DNA of 64,000 bases from a virus. Its lineage: Duplodnaviria > Heunggongvirae > Uroviricota > Caudoviricetes. Location of the stretch: IMG/VR virus record IMGVR_UViG_3300029705_000018; one strand, written 5' to 3'. Positions 47,849 to 58,813 of this stretch are shown piece after piece. Below the pieces are notes generated by a model. It did no database searches. It was given only the letters and a program-made list of their open reading frames with translations, and had not been told where the DNA came from. Position 1 is the first letter of the stretch; each line of letters starts with the position of its first letter. Made by a program: the position numbers and the translations under genes.

Positions 47849-48620
47849 CCTTAAGCTCCTTAGCTTTCACAACATTTTCCAAGAGAGCCAATCGTGTCAA
47901 TAAACCAACACCTCCGGGGACTGGAGTTACATTGCGCCCCTCGGTATTGTAACAATCTCCAACTAGCTTTCCATCTACAAAATTTATGCCCACATCGACA
48001 ACTGGAACATGAATTGGATAACAATTCAAAAATCCCGGTTTGCCGACGGCGCTTACAATCAAATCACTACTATACAAATGATTTGACAATTTGGAATGAC
48101 TATGACACAAGGTGACCGTTGCGTCCCTATCAGTCATCATTTTTGCGAGAGGCTTACCGACAATATCACTTCTGCCGATAATCATGACTTCTTTACCTTC
48201 AAAATTGAAACCACAATAATCCAAATAATTCATAATTCCAAGAGGAGTTGCGGGTTGGAATAAACTATCACATCTAAATCCATCCACATCTTTTTCTCTG
48301 GGGATTGCGGCCTGCGCGACCTTGACGCGGATATGGGGCGGGAGTGGTAGTTGCACTATGACGCCGTCATAAAATTCAACCATATGCTCTAATTGGTCAT
48401 CTAATTCAAATTCAGTGGTTTCTGTGGGATAAAAATAAGTGTGTGCGGTGATGCCGATTTCATCACAATCTTTCATCTTATTTCTAATATAACGATTTGA
48501 TGCTTCATTCTCACCAACTTGGACAATTGCTAGGGTGGGAGGAAATTCCATTTTAGAAACTTTTTCCTTCAACTCTTGTTTGCGTTCATTTACATAACTC
48601 TTAATATCCTTTAGCTCCAT
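47841..48620 (-). CDS. folD: bifunctional 5,10-methylene-tetrahydrofolate dehydrogenase/cyclohydrolase
   Basis: LAIVQVGENEASNRYIRNK...GVIVQLPLP...DVDGF...ATPLGIMNYL...GKEVMIIGRSDIVGKPLAKMM...VTLCHSHS...VVDVGIN...VTPVPGGVGLLT. These FolD motifs lie along the full length of the 259-aa protein. Confidence 0.8.
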   Translation of the reverse strand: MELKDIKSYVNERKQELKEKVSKMEFPPTLAIVQVGENEASNRYIRNKMKDCDEIGITAHTYFYPTETTEFELDDQLEHMVEFYDGVIVQLPLPPHIRVKVAQAAIPREKDVDGFRCDSLFQPATPLGIMNYLDYCGFNFEGKEVMIIGRSDIVGKPLAKMMTDRDATVTLCHSHSKLSNHLYSSDLIVSAVGKPGFLNCYPIHVPVVDVGINFVDGKLVGDCYNTEGRNVTPVPGGVGLLTRLALLENVVKAKELKDG

Positions 48621-48825
48621 CGTCGCTCCATCCTTCCGGTAAAAAACAATCTAAAAGTGCCTCAAGCACATTTGCGGCCGCGAATATTGGGCCACCAATA
48701 ATGAAAATCAATCCTACTGCCAATCTATCACCTTCCGATAAATCTTTACACAAAGGTGCATATTCAATCATTGCCAGGAGCGACATAACAGCCCATAAAA
48801 TGGTAATCACTATCGTTTGTGCCAT
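48601..48825 (-). CDS. small two-transmembrane membrane protein (possible holin-like, speculative)
   Basis: 74 aa. Two hydrophobic helices and an acidic C-terminus. Located at the early/late boundary. A second ~50-aa membrane ORF (48828..48978) overlaps upstream. Confidence 0.3.
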   Translation of the reverse strand: MAQTIVITILWAVMSLLAMIEYAPLCKDLSEGDRLAVGLIFIIGGPIFAAANVLEALLDCFLPEGWSDDGAKGY

Positions 48826-49106
48826 ATATATCCTTCCTTCGGAGTATACTCAGAAGTTACACTAAGATTATCGTAGGTATTTTTTGGCACTCTTGAAGTC
48901 CAAAAATAAAAAGCCGTTGCGGCGACCGTTATAAACATCCATAAGATTATTGTAATCTCCACTCTTACACTCCTTTTATTATTTTCTTATAATTATTATA
49001 TCAAAAAATTTTTTCTTTGTCAAGTTTCTTGTCCGAGGTCAAAACCTGTTTATCAAAAAATATTCTCTTTCATAAATAAAAAGTGTCAAAATTTTTCCGG
49101 AAAAAC

Positions 49107-49135
49107 TTGACAATGAAAAATTTTTCTGGTATAAT
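49107..49135 (+). promoter_or_regulatory. consensus sigma-70-type promoter in front of the late module
   Basis: TTGACA at 49107-49112, 17-nt spacer, TATAAT at 49130-49135. GGAGG ribosome-binding site and ATG at 49166. Confidence 0.55.
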
Positions 49136-49165
49136 AATATCAATGAGACTGGAGGTAAGATAATC

Positions 49166-50218
49166 ATGTTGAAATTAGATTATACTTTAGAATCTCCAGA
49201 AGAGAGAAGAGAATTGGTTGAAAAAATTCTAGCTGAAACCCCTAATCCCTCAGAGGCGTATCTAGAAACTTTAGCTGATTATCTAGTTCTCTGTATGGAG
49301 AAACAAGAGAAAAAGGAGCGCAAACTATTAACTGATAACCGTATGGCTACAGTCAATAAGCGAGAAACTTCTTATGAAGGTCTTGTTTCCCAGCTAGAGA
49401 ATGGCGAAGACGGCATTTATAATATGATAACTAATAATAAGAATACGATTTTCCAGCCAAAAGTAATGATAACTAAACAAGATGTAGAAGAAATACCCGG
49501 TATGTAGCAATTGCGCGACGCCATCAAAATGTGGGAAACAAAATTAAAGAGTGCCTCCGGGCGAGAAGCATTTATTATTAAGAGTACAATTATTGAATTG
49601 CGAAAAGATCAATATGTTTTGAAGAACGCTTATCGTAAACCAATTGTACCAACTAAAATCACTCGTTCAAGACACGATATTCCTTTAGATGATGATTTCT
49701 GGTTTGATGACGAAGGCTATATTGTTCCAGAGGGTGTTTCTTTATGTAATCCAAAAGTAGTCTCAGCAATTCTTTGTAACTACTCCTTATGTAAACAAGA
49801 AAGTTGGGGAGAGTTTGAAAAAGATTTATGGTACTTGATGGATGACTTTGACAGAGTTGCGGATGCTGCTTTGAAAAATTATCCATTGTATGAACGAATT
49901 GTTGAGTATAAAATTGATGGATTACAAAATATTGATATTCAAGAAAAAATCCAAATGGAGTTTGGGATCAAGCATAGTTTGGAATATATCTCAAGTTTAT
50001 GGCGTAATAAAATTCCAAAGATCATTGCGTCCGAGGCGGAAGATAGACTCTTAAATTGGTACTTCATGAATGAAATGAAGGGCAAATACAAAAAGTGCAG
50101 TCGTTGCGGGCAAGTCAAATTAGCTCACAATAAATACTTTAGTAAAAATAAGACAAGCCGAGATGGTTTTTATAGCATTTGCAAATGCTGTAGAAATGCG
50201 AAGGCCAAAAGCGTGTAA
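49166..50218 (+). CDS. hypothetical protein with an in-frame TAG at 49508-49510
   Basis: ORFs 49166..49507 and 49511..50218 are in the same frame, separated only by a TAG. A C-terminal CSRCG...CKCC zinc ribbon is present. Confidence 0.5.
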
Positions 50219-50262
50219 TTCCTCGCTGCTATTTTCATATTTTGTAAAGGAGGAATTTATAT

Positions 50263-51462
50263 ATGGCCCAAGAATCTTATTACTGTGAAAAATGTAATAG
50301 AACAATGGCGGCCGACCAGTTCTACGGTACTAATAATTTAGAAAAATATCCTGATGGTAAATTGCGCATTTGTAAGAAATGTATGACAATGCACGTAGAC
50401 AATTTCAATCCGGATACTTATTTATGGATTTTACAAGAATGCGATGTTCCATATATTCCAGAAGAATGGAATAAATTATTGGCATCATATGGTAAAGACC
50501 GCAGTAAACTGACTGGTCTGTCAATTATTGGTAGATATCTATCAAAAATGAAATTGAAGCAATTCCGAGATTATCGCTGGGAACACACCGAGCATCTTCA
50601 AGAAGTTGCGAATAAGAAAATTGAAGAGACGATGAAGCGTCAAGGATATGACGCAGTTGAAATCGCTCAAGCTGTCGCTCAGGCGACTGTCCCCGTCCCG
50701 CAGGGCATCATCGAACAACCAAAGTATGAAGAACCTAATCCATTCTTGGCATCTGGTGAAGAAGATTATTTTTCAGAGCAAAATGGTGGTCAAGATGACT
50801 TTGTTGATGATTTGACTGAAGAGGATAAAACCTATTTGCGTTTGAAATGGGGAAAAACTTATAAACCCGAAGAATGGGTTCGATTAGAACAGCTATATGA
50901 AGAAATGATGGCATCATATGATATTCAAGGTGCCGGACACATCGATACACTAAAATTGGTATGTAAGACATCTCTAAAGGCGAATCAATTAATCGACATT
51001 GGCGATATTGAAGGCTTCCAAAAGATGAGCAAAGTTTATGATAGTTTGATGAAGTCTGGTAAGTTCACCGCACAACAGAATAAAGCTGAAAGTGGTGACT
51101 TCGTTGATTCAATTGGCGAACTAATTGAAATGTGCGAAAAACAAGGATATATTGAAAGATATTATATTGAATCTCCAAAAGATAGAGTTGATATGACAAT
51201 TGCGGATATGCAGAGATATACTAAAACTCTGGTTGAAGAAGAAACCAATTTGTCAATCATGGTTGAAAAGGCTCTACGTGATATTGAGAAAGAAGATAAG
51301 GCTGAAGCTGAAAATACTGAAGATACAATTATCGATGATATTGATTTGAGTCTTGAGGATTTGGAAAAGACCTTGAAAGATCAAGATTATGTGGATTTCC
51401 AAGACTTCTTAGATGAAGAAGCTGAAGCTGACTCTGATTACTTGAATCGAGGTAGACGGTAA
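50263..51462 (+). CDS. hypothetical protein (N-terminal zinc ribbon CEKCN...CKKC; position suggests small terminase or DNA-packaging accessory)
   Basis: 399 aa with an acidic C-terminus. Immediately precedes the putative terminase large subunit. Confidence 0.4.
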   Translation: MAQESYYCEKCNRTMAADQFYGTNNLEKYPDGKLRICKKCMTMHVDNFNPDTYLWILQECDVPYIPEEWNKLLASYGKDRSKLTGLSIIGRYLSKMKLKQFRDYRWEHTEHLQEVANKKIEETMKRQGYDAVEIAQAVAQATVPVPQGIIEQPKYEEPNPFLASGEEDYFSEQNGGQDDFVDDLTEEDKTYLRLKWGKTYKPEEWVRLEQLYEEMMASYDIQGAGHIDTLKLVCKTSLKANQLIDIGDIEGFQKMSKVYDSLMKSGKFTAQQNKAESGDFVDSIGELIEMCEKQGYIERYYIESPKDRVDMTIADMQRYTKTLVEEETNLSIMVEKALRDIEKEDKAEAENTEDTIIDDIDLSLEDLEKTLKDQDYVDFQDFLDEEAEADSDYLNRGRR

Positions 51463-53201
51463 TGGCTTTACAAGATTTACTTGATTTATCAACATCCCGG
51501 AGAAAGATTGGTCTTTCTCCGGAACGTGTTGAGGCTGTTATGCCTACAATACGAAAGTACATAGCCTTTTGGAGAGAATATCCTGATTTATTCGTTGACT
51601 TTATGGTACGTGGAACTAGTACCGAAGTAAAAGATGGAGAATTCTGTTTTTATTTCTATCAAAGAGTTTTCCTTCGTTGCGTTATGAGATATTAGTATGT
51701 GTATGCGGTTTTTCCTCGTGCATATTCTAAATCTTTCTTGACTGTTATGGCATTGATGTGCCGTTGTATTTTATATCCCAATGCTCACTTGTTTGTCACT
51801 TCTGGTGGTAAGGAGCAGGGTGCTTCTATTCTACAAAGTAAAGTAGAAGAAATTTGTAAATTGATTCCCAGCTTTGAAAGAGAAATTGACTGGGGACGAG
51901 GTAAGACTTTAACTGGTAAAGATAAAGTCCGATATGTATTTAAGAATGGTTCTGTTCTGGATAACCTTGCGGCCCGTGAATCTACGCGTGGTCAGCGTCG
52001 TCATGGCGGCGTAATGGAGGAATGTGTTGGTATTGATGACCAAATCCTTCGCGAAGTTATTATCCCTGTTATGGCTATCTCTCGTCGTGCGAAAGATGGT
52101 ACTACTAATGAAAAAGAACCTTTGAATAAATCTCAGATTTATATTACAACTGCTGGATATAAAGGAACTTATCCATATGATAGATTGATTGGTTTCTTGG
52201 TTCGTATGGTCACTCAGCCCGATCGCTGTATTGTGCTTGGTGGTACTTGGAGAACGCCAGTGGCAATGGGATTACAGAGTAAAACATTCATTACCGACCA
52301 GAAGAATGAAGGTACTTATAATGAAGCCTCTTTCGAGCGTGAGTATGAGTCTAAGTGGTCTGGTACTGTTGAAGATGCATTCTTCAATGGAGAACATTTT
52401 ACTCGTAATAGAAAATTATTACAACCTGAATATGAACATTCCGGAAGGTCTGCGGCCGGCGCTTATTATGTGCTATCAGTCGACGTAGGTCGTAAGGGAT
52501 GTGATTCTGTTGTTTGTGTATTCAAGGTGACGCCGCAGGCGCAAGGCCCTGCTATCAAGTCTTTGGTAAATATTTATACAATGGCTGATGAACACTTTGA
52601 AGATCAAGCAATTAAGCTGAAAAAACTGTTCTATAAGTATAAAGCTAGAACTCTCGTAATCGACGGTAATGGTGTTGGTTTGGGTCTAATTGATTATATG
52701 ATTAAATCTTAGAATGATGAAAATGGAGACTTCTATCCTGACTTTGGCGTTCAAAACGACGATGAAGGTTATTATAAAAAGTATAGAACAGCTAATACTG
52801 AATATGATGCTATGTATATTATCAAGGCAAATGCGCCAATCAATACAGAGTGTCACGCAAACGCACAAAGCCAACTTGCGGCCGGTAAGGTAAAATTCTT
52901 GATTGATGAAAGAACAGCAAGAGAAAAATTACTGGGAACCGCAAAAGGTTAGAAAATGAAGCCTGAGGAAAGGGCAGAATACCTTCAACCATTTACCCTA
53001 ACTTCCATATTGAAAGAGGAAATGATGAATTTGCGTGAAGAAAATGAAGGCATAAATATCATTTTGAAACAAGCAAATCGTGGAATTAGGAAGGATAAGT
53101 TTTCTGCGTTTGAATATGGTTTGTATTATATAAAACAAGAAGAAGATAAAAAGAAGAAGAAAAAGAGATTTAACGCTGCTGATTGGGCGTTTTATAATTA
53201 A
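51462..53201 (+). CDS. putative terminase large subunit with three in-frame TAG codons
   Basis: ORFs 51462..51695, 51699..52712 and 52956..53201 are in one frame, joined through TAGs at 51696, 52713 and 52950. The C-terminal half has RNaseH-like nuclease motifs (YVLSVDVGRKGCDSVVCVF, LVIDGNGVGLGLID). The gene is followed by an endonuclease-like insert and the portal gene. Confidence 0.55.
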
Positions 53202-53212
53202 GGAGGGTTGAC

Positions 53213-53569
53213 ATGAGAGCATCTCGCGGTGAGATTAAGATTGAAGAAATCTTAAAAGAAGCTGAGCTTACTTTTAAGATGGAATATATCTTCCCTGACT
53301 TAAAGAGCCCCAATGGTCGCCCTTTAAGATTTGATTTTGTCGTTTTTGATGATGATGGTAAAATTGATTTTATTATTGAATATCAAGGAAAACAGCACTA
53401 TGAACCAAGTGCGAAGTTCGGTGGTAAAAAAGGATTTTATCAACAGCAATACAATGATAATCAAAAGCGACGCTTTTGTGCTTTACATGATTTTCGTTTA
53501 ATTGAAATACCATATACAGATGAAAACTTGATCTCTTATGACTATATCATGAAATTAGCAGGATATTAA
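53213..53569 (+). CDS. small PD-(D/E)XK-like endonuclease-domain protein (possible free-standing homing endonuclease)
   Basis: RFDFVVFDDDGKIDFIIEYQGKQHY, the same motif as the C-termini of 14297..15019 and 18768..19520. Sits between the terminase and portal genes, a classic homing-endonuclease location. Confidence 0.4.
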   Translation: MRASRGEIKIEEILKEAELTFKMEYIFPDLKSPNGRPLRFDFVVFDDDGKIDFIIEYQGKQHYEPSAKFGGKKGFYQQQYNDNQKRRFCALHDFRLIEIPYTDENLISYDYIMKLAGY

Positions 53570-53583
53570 AAGGAGGTGGAGTT

Positions 53584-55182
53584 TTGGATAAGTTAACTAG
53601 ACAAGAAGAAATTCGTGCCAAAGGTTTTGACATGGGTGGAACTACCTATGGTAAAATTAAAATTGGAACTAAAACACTTGAAGATGCCGTTTTGAATTTA
53701 GGTTCAATTCAAAAGGAAACTAGAAACATCATCAATAAAGGCGTTATTTATCGTGCGCTTGCGGATAATGATGTTGAGAAGTTAAGAGAGATTTCTAATT
53801 ACTTCTATAAGACCAGCGGTATCTATCAAAGAGTATGTAATTATTTCGCTACTATGTATCGTTATGATTGGTATGTTGTTCCAGAAGTATACGATGAAAG
53901 TATCAAAGAAGAAAAGATTGTTGGAGATTTCCATAAGGTCTTGAACTTCTTAGATAATTCATATGTCAAAAAAGTTTGCGGTGATATGGCTCTTGGCGTT
54001 ATCAAGAATGGCGCTTATTATGGATATATCGTTCCCACCTCAAAAGGAATTATTATTCAAGAGTTGCCTGTAAATTATTGCCGTTCTCGTTTTAGTTTGA
54101 ATAATTTACCAACTGTTGAGTTCAATATGAAGTTTTTTGATGTTATGTTCCCAGATACTGGATACAGAATGAAAGTATTGAATTTGTTCCCAGAAGAGTT
54201 CAAGAAGGGATATGCTGCTTACAAGAGTGGTAAGTTACTTCCTGAAAGTCCATGGGATAGAGATAGTGGTTGGTATTTGTTGGACCCAGAGAAAACCGTG
54301 AAATTTAGTTTTAGTAATGGTGGATTCGGCGGTGTCGATTTACCATTATTTATCAATGCGATTCCTCTTATTTTGGATTTGGATGCGGCTCAGGATTTGG
54401 ATCGTAGAAAGCAAATGCAAAAGTTATTGAAAATTGTAGTTCAGAAACTCCCATTAGATAAAAATGGTGATTTGATTTTTGACGTCGATGAAGCAAGAGA
54501 TATTCATAATAATGCTGTTTAGATGTTGAAGCGTGCGGTTGGTGTTGACGTATTGACTACTTTCGCTGATATTGAAAGTATTGATATGTCTGATAAGAAT
54601 ACTACTACTACTCAAGATGACTTGATGAAAGTTGAGCGTAGTGTATATAATGCTTTTGGTGTTCCGCAAAGTTTATTTAACTCTGATAGTAATTTAGCAA
54701 TGAATTTATCTGTGCTAAATGATGAAGGTGCGGTCCGCACCTTGTTGCTACAATTTGGTGTTTTCTTTGATAGACTAACACAGAATTTTGGTGCGAATAA
54801 AAAGAAATACAATTTTAGATTCTATATGCTTGAGACTACTCAGTATAACTACAAAGAGTTGTCTAAGATGTATAAAGAATGTGTTCAGTTAGGATATTCT
54901 AAGATGTTGCCTCAAATTGCTTTAGGCCATTCTCAGAGTGCTATCTTGAATACTGCTTACTTTGAAAATGAAGTTTTACATTTGAGTGAAGTTATGATTC
55001 CTCCGCTGATGTCTTCTACTATGAATATGCAAGACTTAAAGGGCAATTCTAATCAAACTCAAACTAACAAAACTCAAACTAAATCAGGAGGATAGTCTTC
55101 TGAGAAGTCTGCGGGCCGACCGGAGAAACCAGACAATCAAAAGAGCGATAAGACTATCCAAAATAAAGAATCTATGAGCTAA
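53584..55182 (+). CDS. putative portal protein with two in-frame TAG codons
   Basis: ORFs 53584..54522 and 54523..55095 are contiguous in frame through a TAG at 54520. The frame continues through a TAG at 55093 to a TAA at 55180. About 530 aa, directly downstream of the terminase large subunit. Confidence 0.5.
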
Positions 55183-55193
55183 GGAGGAGCAAG

Positions 55194-56720
55194 ATGCATA
55201 CAAGTATTAAGTTAGATACACCTGTTGAGTTTATCAACATTACTCCTCTCAATCCTTTGATTTCTAAATGTCAGATTAAGGTGTGCTACGTAAGCGATGA
55301 ACCAAATCGTAACCGTAGTATCATCACCAAAGAAGTTGCAAAGCAAATGGCTAATTCATTGCCAGGATGCCCTATCGTTGGTTTTTATAATGAAGATAAG
55401 GGCGACTTTGAGGAGCACAATCGTATCATTGATATTTCCAATGGAAAGTTCGAGATCAAGGATACTACTCGCCCATACGGTTTCGTTGATTTGAGTGCGA
55501 AAGTTTGGTTCCAAAAGTTCTTGGATGATGGAATGACTGAGCGAGAGTATATGATGACTGAGGGCTGGTTATGGACCGGCCAATATCCAGAGTGCCGCAG
55601 AATCCTGGCACATGGAAATAATCAATCCATGGAATTGGATGAAGGTACATTAGATGCTCATTGGTCAAAAGATGGTAATGGAGATCCCAAATTCTTTATT
55701 ATCAATGAAGCAATTATTTCAAAACTTTGTACTCTTGGTGAAAGTAATGAACCCTGCTTCGAGGGTGCCAACATTACTGCACCTACCATTCAATTCGCTT
55801 TTGAAGATGGCTTTAAAGAGCAACTATTCTCTATGATGAACGAATTGAAAGAATATTTGAATAAAGGAGGAGAAAAAGTGTTTACTAGATATGCTGTTGA
55901 AATCGGTGACGCTTTATGGACCGCTCTTTATAGTCGCGTTGAAGATGCTTACGTTATTGAGAGCGTATGTGAAGATGGTGAGCAGAAGTTCGCTGTTGTT
56001 ACTGCCGATGATAAGTATTACCGTTTAGATTTCTCCATCGCTGAAGACGGCGTAATTGAGTTCGCTGCTGAACCTGTTTTGATGGAAGAGTATACTCCAT
56101 CTGAAGAGCCTCAGTTTGATCCTGTCGCTGTTGATGAATATGCCAAGTCTAAGAAGGCCGCCAAGAAGGATGAAGATGATGACGAGCCTGAAAAGAAAGA
56201 TGGCGAAGGCGAGGAAGAAAAGTGCCCTAAGTGCGGCAAGCCTAAGTCTGAGTGTGAATGCGAAGACGAAGATGACGACGATAAAAAGAAAAAGGGCAAG
56301 AAAGAAAAATACAATCTTGATGAAATTCAAGAATATGTAGAGCTAAGCTCCAAATATTCTGACTTGGAGACTAATTATAATGCTGCTCAGGAAAAAATCG
56401 CTGACCTAGAAGCTCAGATTGGTGAGTTGACTGCATTTAAGAAGTCCATTGAAAAGGCAGAAAAAGAGAAAATGATTGACAGTTTCTATATGCTGTCTGA
56501 TGATGACAAGAAGGATGTTATTGAGAACATCGATACTTATTCTCTGGATGATATTGAAGCTAAGCTATCAATTATTTGTGTTCGCAACAAGGTCAGTTTC
56601 AACCTTGATGATGATAAGAACAATGGCGTAACCACCTATAATTTGGATGGTGGAGTTCCTGCGGACGAGACTGTTCCCGCTTGGATTAAAGCCTTGCGTT
56701 CTGTTGCGAGTGAAATGTAA
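55194..56720 (+). CDS. putative prohead protease/scaffolding protein
   Basis: 508 aa. N-terminal globular domain, then a long acidic/Lys-rich coiled-coil region with an embedded CPKCGK...CEC. Sits between the portal and major capsid genes. Confidence 0.35.
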   Translation: MHTSIKLDTPVEFINITPLNPLISKCQIKVCYVSDEPNRNRSIITKEVAKQMANSLPGCPIVGFYNEDKGDFEEHNRIIDISNGKFEIKDTTRPYGFVDLSAKVWFQKFLDDGMTEREYMMTEGWLWTGQYPECRRILAHGNNQSMELDEGTLDAHWSKDGNGDPKFFIINEAIISKLCTLGESNEPCFEGANITAPTIQFAFEDGFKEQLFSMMNELKEYLNKGGEKVFTRYAVEIGDALWTALYSRVEDAYVIESVCEDGEQKFAVVTADDKYYRLDFSIAEDGVIEFAAEPVLMEEYTPSEEPQFDPVAVDEYAKSKKAAKKDEDDDEPEKKDGEGEEEKCPKCGKPKSECECEDEDDDDKKKKGKKEKYNLDEIQEYVELSSKYSDLETNYNAAQEKIADLEAQIGELTAFKKSIEKAEKEKMIDSFYMLSDDDKKDVIENIDTYSLDDIEAKLSIICVRNKVSFNLDDDKNNGVTTYNLDGGVPADETVPAWIKALRSVASEM

Positions 56721-56747
56721 TAAAAACTAATAAGGAGGAAAATAGAA

Positions 56748-57566
56748 ATGCTTAGAGAATTATTGAAGAAGCATATTAAGTCTCAGGCAGAGTTCGTAGA
56801 AGTCGGCTACGGTCAGGTTGAACCCAACCACCTAAGCGCTCAGAGAACTGCTCAGATTTATGCTCAGTTGCCTGCTGATCCTGCTATTAAGGTTCTAGAG
56901 CAGGGACAGTTTGTTAAGTATGACTATGCAGCTGGCCTTGTAAACTTTACTGGTGCAGGCGAGTGGATGCTTGTTTATAACGAAATCAAGTTGTATCGTG
57001 AGCATCAGTTAGATTGCGAGTTCGCAATGTTAAAAGACAATTATCAGGCTCGTGTTTATAGCCCATTGGATCACACCAAGCCTGAGGAGATGTACGGTCC
57101 TACCCGTTTCATGAACGGCGTAAGAGAGCGTTATAATCCTACTACCGGCGCTTTCGAGCAGTTGGATGAAATCAAGAATCCTGAGACTGGCGAAGTTGCT
57201 GATTACAGCGTTATTTCTAGCGTACATGACTACTATGAGATGAACGACATCAACAATCCTGAAATCGAGGGAGACGCTCGTAAGAGATTGTTCATGAAGT
57301 TGCGTGATTACCAGGAGAAGATGATGCCCGCAGGTACTACTATGGTTCCTCGTGTATTCAAGACTAATGTTGGTGACCACTACACTACCAACCTAATCCA
57401 TGCTGAACCCGGCTCTTTGAAGGAGTTCGATCTATTGGCTCCTCGTGCTGCCGATGGTATCTTAGAGCCTGTTGCTGATGCTTCTGGCGATATGGTATGG
57501 CAGGTTGCTAAGGTTTACACTATGCCTGACCACCAGCCTGGTGTCAAGGTTATTAGAATTAAGTAA
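56748..57566 (+). CDS. hypothetical structural protein
   Basis: 272 aa. AAGGAGG ribosome-binding site. Confidence 0.4.
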   Translation: MLRELLKKHIKSQAEFVEVGYGQVEPNHLSAQRTAQIYAQLPADPAIKVLEQGQFVKYDYAAGLVNFTGAGEWMLVYNEIKLYREHQLDCEFAMLKDNYQARVYSPLDHTKPEEMYGPTRFMNGVRERYNPTTGAFEQLDEIKNPETGEVADYSVISSVHDYYEMNDINNPEIEGDARKRLFMKLRDYQEKMMPAGTTMVPRVFKTNVGDHYTTNLIHAEPGSLKEFDLLAPRAADGILEPVADASGDMVWQVAKVYTMPDHQPGVKVIRIK

Positions 57567-57585
57567 TTGAAAGGAGAGAAGTATA

Positions 57586-58725
57586 ATGGCTTTAGATAAG
57601 AAAAATTTAGTACAGCTGGCAAAGACTGTAGCAAAAGCTGACCCTTCTGCTCCTGTTTCTTACAGCTTCAATGGCGAAAGTTTTAACTATGAGACTCTAA
57701 ATGAGACTCTACGCCGTGAATTCAATGAGATTGCTGGTACTTACGCTTTGTATCGTGAGAACAAGCACCTGATCTTCGCAGTTATCGAAGAGACTATGGA
57801 CGAGGTTCTGCCTAAGAAGGTTGAGCAGGCTTATATGCAGTTTGCTGAGACCAAGCAGTTCGCTCAGGGCGACAAGCCTATTTTCCGTCGTAAGAGAGAC
57901 GTTCGTCAGCGCGCTAAGCAGTTCGTAACTCGCGTTGGTCTAGCAGGTATTTACGAAGTCTTCAAGCTAGGTCCTAGTGAAGAAGAGAGCTTCGAAGTCC
58001 GCACTAGCGCCATCGGTGGAGCTGCTCAGATCGGCTTCGAAGAGTTCTTGGATGGACGTGTTGACTTCGCTGAAGTAACTAATATCGTCATGGAAGGCAT
58101 GAACGAGTTGATCATGAAGGAAGTTGGTCATGCACTAGCTGCTTCTATCAATCAGTTGCCTCCTGCTAATATCGCTGTTGTTAATGGTTTCGACGAGCAG
58201 GAATTCGATCGCTTGTTGGTTATCGCTTCTGCTTACGGTGAGCCTACCATTTACTGCACTTACGAGTTTGCCGTAAAGATGGTTCCTACCGAGGGTTGGA
58301 GATACACTGAGTCCATGAAGCAGCAGTTGTGGGATACTGGTCACTTGGCTACTTACAAGGGACGTAAGGTTGTTATTCTACCCCAGGGCTTAGAGGATGA
58401 GACCAATATGCGCAAGGTAATCAATCCTGGTTACTGCTACATCATCCCCGCTGGTGCTGACACCAAGCCTGTGAAGATTGCTTTCGAGGGTAATACCATT
58501 GTTGACGAGTTCAATAACTATGACCGTTCTCGTGATATTCACGTCTATAAGAAGGTCGGCGTTCTAGCTATGTTGGCTAACAACATCTGCGCTTACGCTG
58601 ATGCTAGCTTGTTGGGTCAGATGGATATTGCTGGCTCTGTTTGGGATAGCACTGCTTATGTAAGTGAAGTTAAGGCTTATGCTGAGTCCACTTACAATCC
58701 TAACTACGAGTTCCCAAAGGTTTAA
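57586..58725 (+). CDS. putative major capsid protein
   Basis: 379 aa. Strong GGAGAG ribosome-binding site. Followed by the strongest terminator in the window. Downstream of the scaffold/protease gene. Confidence 0.45.
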   Translation: MALDKKNLVQLAKTVAKADPSAPVSYSFNGESFNYETLNETLRREFNEIAGTYALYRENKHLIFAVIEETMDEVLPKKVEQAYMQFAETKQFAQGDKPIFRRKRDVRQRAKQFVTRVGLAGIYEVFKLGPSEEESFEVRTSAIGGAAQIGFEEFLDGRVDFAEVTNIVMEGMNELIMKEVGHALAASINQLPPANIAVVNGFDEQEFDRLLVIASAYGEPTIYCTYEFAVKMVPTEGWRYTESMKQQLWDTGHLATYKGRKVVILPQGLEDETNMRKVINPGYCYIIPAGADTKPVKIAFEGNTIVDEFNNYDRSRDIHVYKKVGVLAMLANNICAYADASLLGQMDIAGSVWDSTAYVSEVKAYAESTYNPNYEFPKV

Positions 58726-58749
58726 TTTAATATAAAATAATTAGTTTAG

Positions 58750-58790
58750 AGGGGGAAGAGGGGATATCCCCACTTCCCCCTATTTTTTAT
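58750..58790 (+). terminator. rho-independent terminator
   Basis: GGGGGAAGAGGGGATATCCCCACTTCCCCC followed by TATTTTTT. Confidence 0.7.
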
Positions 58791-58813
58791 TATGAGAAAA
58801 AGGAGATAATACA

